A stretch of DNA of 63,000 nucleotides, counting the filler, from Cercozoa sp. M6MM (lineage: Eukaryota; Protista; Endomyxa: Ascetosporea), in assembly GCA_040357565.1 (NCBI GenBank). It is 10 parts of 10 records of this genome, joined end to end, with 100 filler letters (N's around TTAATTAATTAA, not from the genome) between each part and the next. Parts side by side here need not be neighbours in the genome. Positions count along the whole stretch, not along the records: positions 58,725 to 61,882 come from JBDODJ010001580.1; positions 61,983 to 63,000 come from JBDODJ010002225.1; 8 more parts are not named here. One strand, written 5' to 3'. The translations under genes and the position numbers were made by a program. Under the pieces are notes generated by a model. It was not told where the DNA came from and made no database searches. It saw nothing but the letters and a program-made list of their open reading frames with translations. Positions 58,625 to 63,000 of this stretch are shown piece by piece; the stretch's first letter is position 1; every line of letters begins with the position of its first letter.

Positions 58625-58743
58625 NNNNNNNNNNNNNNNNNNNNNNNNNNNNNNNNNNNNNNNNNNNNTTAATTAATTAANNNNNNNNNNNNNNNNNNNN
58701 NNNNNNNNNNNNNNNNNNNNNNNNCCCCCCCCCCCCCGGACAG

Positions 58744-59026
58744 ACCGATAAGCGACGGGCGTGGTCGACGTTTCGCAACTTTGGTCAAAAACCAGTGGCC
58801 GACATGTGCTGGCACCGCACGGGAGATGTATGCCCTCCTTTTACCCCCTTGTCCCTTGCCCCTTGCCCCTTGCCTCTTGCCCCCTTACCCTCCCCCCGGT
58901 AGTTTCTCTTCGTGGCCTTTGAGGACGGCGACCTGGTGGCCTTCCAGATCATCATTCCGCCAACCTACCCACTCGGCAAGTTCACGCTCGATTGGGAGAA
59001 GCAGTACCGCAAGGTGACAACACTGT

Positions 59027-59077
<51 letters not shown>

Positions 59078-59078
59078 G

Positions 59079-59129
<51 letters not shown>

Positions 59130-61640
59130 CATTATTATTTTAAACACATTTTATGTCTTTTATTTCAGTAACAGTGTATTTATGTCTGTATTTTTGAGAC
59201 ATGGCATTACATTGTGTATGCCTGCAGTCGCGCAAGCTAGAGGAACCACGGCAGGTGTCGCTGCACGAGGCCGCCACCAAACTGCAGCGCAGCAGCGAGT
59301 CTCCTGAGGCCTCCTCCCTCCTGGTACCACCCCTACCTATCTACCTATCTACCTGTATATCTGTATATAATAGGGAGCACCATCGGTGTTTAACGAGAAC
59401 GACGATGACGACGACGACGCCATGGAAGTGCCGACACGTCGCAAGACACCTGCCTTGCCACAGCCACAGGGTGCTGTTGCTGCCCATGCCTATGCCCATG
59501 CCGGGTCTCTCCCTGTGGCTGCCCAACTGGCCCAGCCACAGGTGGTACCTGTGCCAACGCAGGTGACGCTGCGACAGGTGGCACTGCTGCCGTCGCACGA
59601 TGCCGCCGCATTGGTCACCGACGCCGCCGCACTGCTGCGCCGTCTGCCGCGACTGCCTTTCGGCTTGAGTCGCCAGGCACCTGGCCTGTTGCTGCGCTGC
59701 GACCTCGACAGTCACTCGCTGCTCGAGGCGAGGTAGCACTTGCCCCCTCTACCCCCTACCCTTACCCCTACCCCAACCCCTACCCCTACCCCTACCCCGC
59801 GCAGACTACTGCGGCGGGACGCAGGAGCAGGCCTCACGCTGGCCGACGAACGCTTCGATGACTCGGACGCCGAGGATCTGGACGACGCCGTCGACGACAG
59901 AGTCCGCGCGGATGTCCGCGCCTACGTCCGCTGGCGCATCAGCCTGCGCGACCGGCGCCGCAACGATGTCAGGTGGCACGTCACACTCGCGCTTCCGCGC
60001 GGATCTGCCGTGACTGCACTGTGTGCACGTGGTACCTCACCCTCACCCCCCCTAGTCATCTGTCTGCTGATTTATATGTGACCGTGTGTGTGTGCGTGCG
60101 TGTGCGTGCGTGTGTGTGTGTGTGTGCGTGCGTGTGTGTGTGTGTGTGATTGATGTGTGTGTGTGTGTGTGTGTGTGTGTGATTGATGTGTGACTGGGTT
60201 GGCAGCCGGGTCGCCAGTGGTAGTGATCGGTACCAGGCACGGCGAGGTGCACGTGCTGTGTGCGCGCAGTGGCCACGTGGTAACGGCGCCACTGGCACTG
60301 GCCTGCAGTGCCATCACACGTGCGCACGTGCAGGTGGTGCCACCTGCCACTGACGGTGACACTGATGGCAGAGTGGCCGTGGCACTGCTGACAGCGAGTG
60401 GCACCTTGTACACCTTCGTGTGGACGGGCAGTCAGCTGCGTCGTCTGCTGGAGCCGCTCTCGGTGACTCCTGTCTTCTCCAGGGCGGCGCTGCTGCTCGA
60501 CCAGACATGTGAAGGTGGCAAGGGAGGTACCAAGGGAGATACCAAGGGCGGTGGCAAAGAACAGACACAGGAAGAGGAGGAGACACCGGAAGGACAGGAG
60601 CGACCGCGCAAGCGACGCAAGGTGTCACGTGCCTCGCAACTGCGCATCGCCGACGTCGCGTTCGTCGCCGGTAGCGACGGCAGTCTGGTGCCAAGTCTGC
60701 AGGTCTCGGCCGGCGATCTTGATGACCACCTGCAGCTGTCGCACGATCCCTTCGACTGCTCGTACAGACTCACCTACCCACCTACCTTCCTACCCACCTA
60801 CCTGCCTTCCAACCTACCTTCCTACCCACCTACCTGCCGACCCACCTCCTTACCTCCCTACCCACCGTGCACCGTAGCAAGAGTGCCCGTGCCAGTTGCA
60901 CCATGGTGTGGAACGTGCATGCACACTCCTGGCAGCGCGCACTCTTCGCCGGCGAGTGTCTCGACGTTGTCGCACGGGAACACATCCCTCTGCCTGGCCT
61001 GCCTTCGGTGCACTCTCATTTGTACTCTGGGCTGGGGGGAGGTTCTTGAATGCTTGTTGTGTGCTATGTTGTCTGCTTGTTGTGCGCTTGTTGTGTACTA
61101 TGCTGTTTACTATGCTGTGTGGGTGTGTAGGCTAACTTGATGCAGCGCGACACTCGCAAGCGTCTGCAGGCGGCGCGTCTGTCGCACAGTGCGGCGGCCC
61201 AACTGGCGCCCGCCGACGACGCGCAGCGCCTGCTCTCGCTGCTGCGACTGGCCGACGGTGCGCGCGACCAGGAGCACCTACAGGACATGCTGCGCCGACT
61301 GCTGGCCCTCCTGGGTCGCACACGCCGACGCAACGCGGGCGGTCTCGTGGCCGCACTGTCAGACGCCACGCTGCCTGCCATTTTTGTGGCCGGCAGTGTG
61401 ACTCAGTGGGACCGCGTGCGAGCACTCCTCTTGGTCAAGACACTGCGCACGGTGCAGGTATCGCCGATACCTGTCTTGGCGATACCTTCCTTGTTCCTTT
61501 GTTAATCCATATCATACCACACCGATCGAATGACAAGGTGTCTCTGTAGATGCAACGTCTCATGGACGAGGTGAGTCGCGGACGTTCCTCGGGTGCTACG
61601 CGTACTGACGCACTCGCCATGTTTGAGGACGGTAACTGAA

Positions 61641-61711
<71 letters not shown>

Positions 61712-61880
61712 GCACACACACACACAACTGAACAATGTCTCGTCTGCGCAGAGGTGAACCAGCGCGTGCAGCAGCGCTGGAAGTACTACGAACCGCGACT
61801 GGTGCAGGTGCTACAGGCTTCGCTCAGCAACATCCCTCCGGCGAAGCCACCTGCCAGTGTGGCGAGCACCACCGATGCCC
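58744..61880 (+). CDS. HIRA: HIRA-like histone chaperone fragment (last WD40 repeat plus C-terminal beta domain)
   Basis: FRNFGQKPVADMCWHRTGD|FLFVAFEDGDLVAF, and VVIGTRHGEVHVLCARSGHVVTAPLAL...VALLTASGTLYTFVW. Confidence 0.5.
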
Positions 61881-62251
61881 CCNNNNNNNNNNNNNNNNNN
61901 NNNNNNNNNNNNNNNNNNNNNNNNNNTTAATTAATTAANNNNNNNNNNNNNNNNNNNNNNNNNNNNNNNNNNNNNNNNNNNNGGGGGGGGGGGAAAATCA
62001 CAGATTCAAAAAGATCTCGCACTGCAATGACTCGAAAAGCTTCAATGAGCAGCCGAAGGGCCGTGCGTAATTCCGTCATCCGAGAAAAGACATCCCGGCC
62101 AACGCGCTGAGGCTTGCCTTAAGAGACAGTGCTTGAGCACAAGCCGGTCATAACCCTATTGTTAATCATGCTTTGGCTGCGGAAATATTGTCCGCGTCAT
62201 GGGCTAGCTATAGAAAACGAAAGAGAGCAACAGGTACTCAGACGGCTAAGT

Positions 62252-62940
62252 TCAGTGCAGATCGCGGCGGTAGATGGCCGCGTAGATGCCGCCAACAAAC
62301 AGCACGCCGCCAAAGGCATTGCCAAGGGTGCTACAAGAGAGGAGCATGATAGGGTATGCATGTCGAACAAGCAGAGCTAAGCCAAAAGCTTACGCAAGCA
62401 CGAGACGCTCTAGCAGACGCGAGAAGGAAACGTCGGCGCCGAACAGCATACCGGCCGGAATCAGGGACTGCGGGGGGGGGGGGGCTCAGGTGTAAGTGTA
62501 CGGGGTAAGGAGGATAAGTGTACCATATCGGCCACACTGTGCTCAAAGCCGAGATACACAAAGGTGAAAATCGGCAGCCACATCGACACGATCTTGCCTA
62601 CCAAGATAAGATAGGAGGTAAAGGTAGGGGGTAAGGGTAAAGGCTAAGGGTGCGGAAGGTAAGACTAAAGTACCAGTGGTGTCGCGTGCCGAGTAGGCCA
62701 TCCACACGGCAAGACACACGAGCACGTTGCACGCGATCGCGCGCACCATGAAACCGCCGCTCGTGCCGCCCGCCTTGTGCTCCACCTGCTCATGCAAGCA
62801 CCAAGTTTACCCCCCCCCCCACCTCTCTTTTTATGTTGATACCAGATTGATCAGCGCAGTTTCGCCCTCAGGACCGAGCGACTCGGAGTGCAAGAAGAAG
62901 AAGAACGCGCAGAACAACGAGCCGAGCAGATTGCCGCCCT
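62252..62940 (-). CDS. Formate/nitrite transporter (FNT family), 3' part
   Basis: GNLLGSLF, RAIACNVLVCLAVWMA, GKIVSMWLPIFTFVYLGFEHSVADM, TLGNAFGG. Confidence 0.92.
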
Positions 62941-63000
62941 GTCAAAAGAAAGGAAGGTAAGGAGGGTAAAGGGGTAAACTACGGGAGGGGGGGGGGGGGG

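Overview
This is intron-rich nuclear DNA from a eukaryote, most likely a protist (SF-assemblin, an oomycete-style tyrosinase, an FNT transporter and a class C GPCR-like receptor make a SAR-lineage organism plausible; this is inference). The window is at least 10 contigs joined by artificial 100-bp N...TTAATTAATTAA...N linkers, so adjacency across linkers means nothing. About 24 genes or gene fragments can be reconstructed by hand-splicing GT-AG introns. They include RAB3GAP2-like, RPL11, a claspin/Mrc1-like gene, cyclophilin, SF-assemblin, a class C GPCR-like receptor, NADP-GDH, a divergent YKT6, cytosolic HSP70, a VAMP, ADA2, ARF, tyrosinase, VWA5A-like, a mitochondrial carrier, RECQL4, NUP98, a SNF2 helicase, HIRA-like and FNT. 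The genetic code appears standard. Three signals are not explained by the gene models: (1) a 10-bp palindrome, TCCGCGCGGA, with 13 exact copies in exons (all three frames), introns and upstream DNA, reminiscent of cyanobacterial HIP1; (2) a ~210-nt multi-branched RNA structure inside RPL11 intron 1; (3) strand-polarised TACCC-type repeat expansions filling the introns of a subset of genes. All gene models were made by eye, so their boundaries are approximate.
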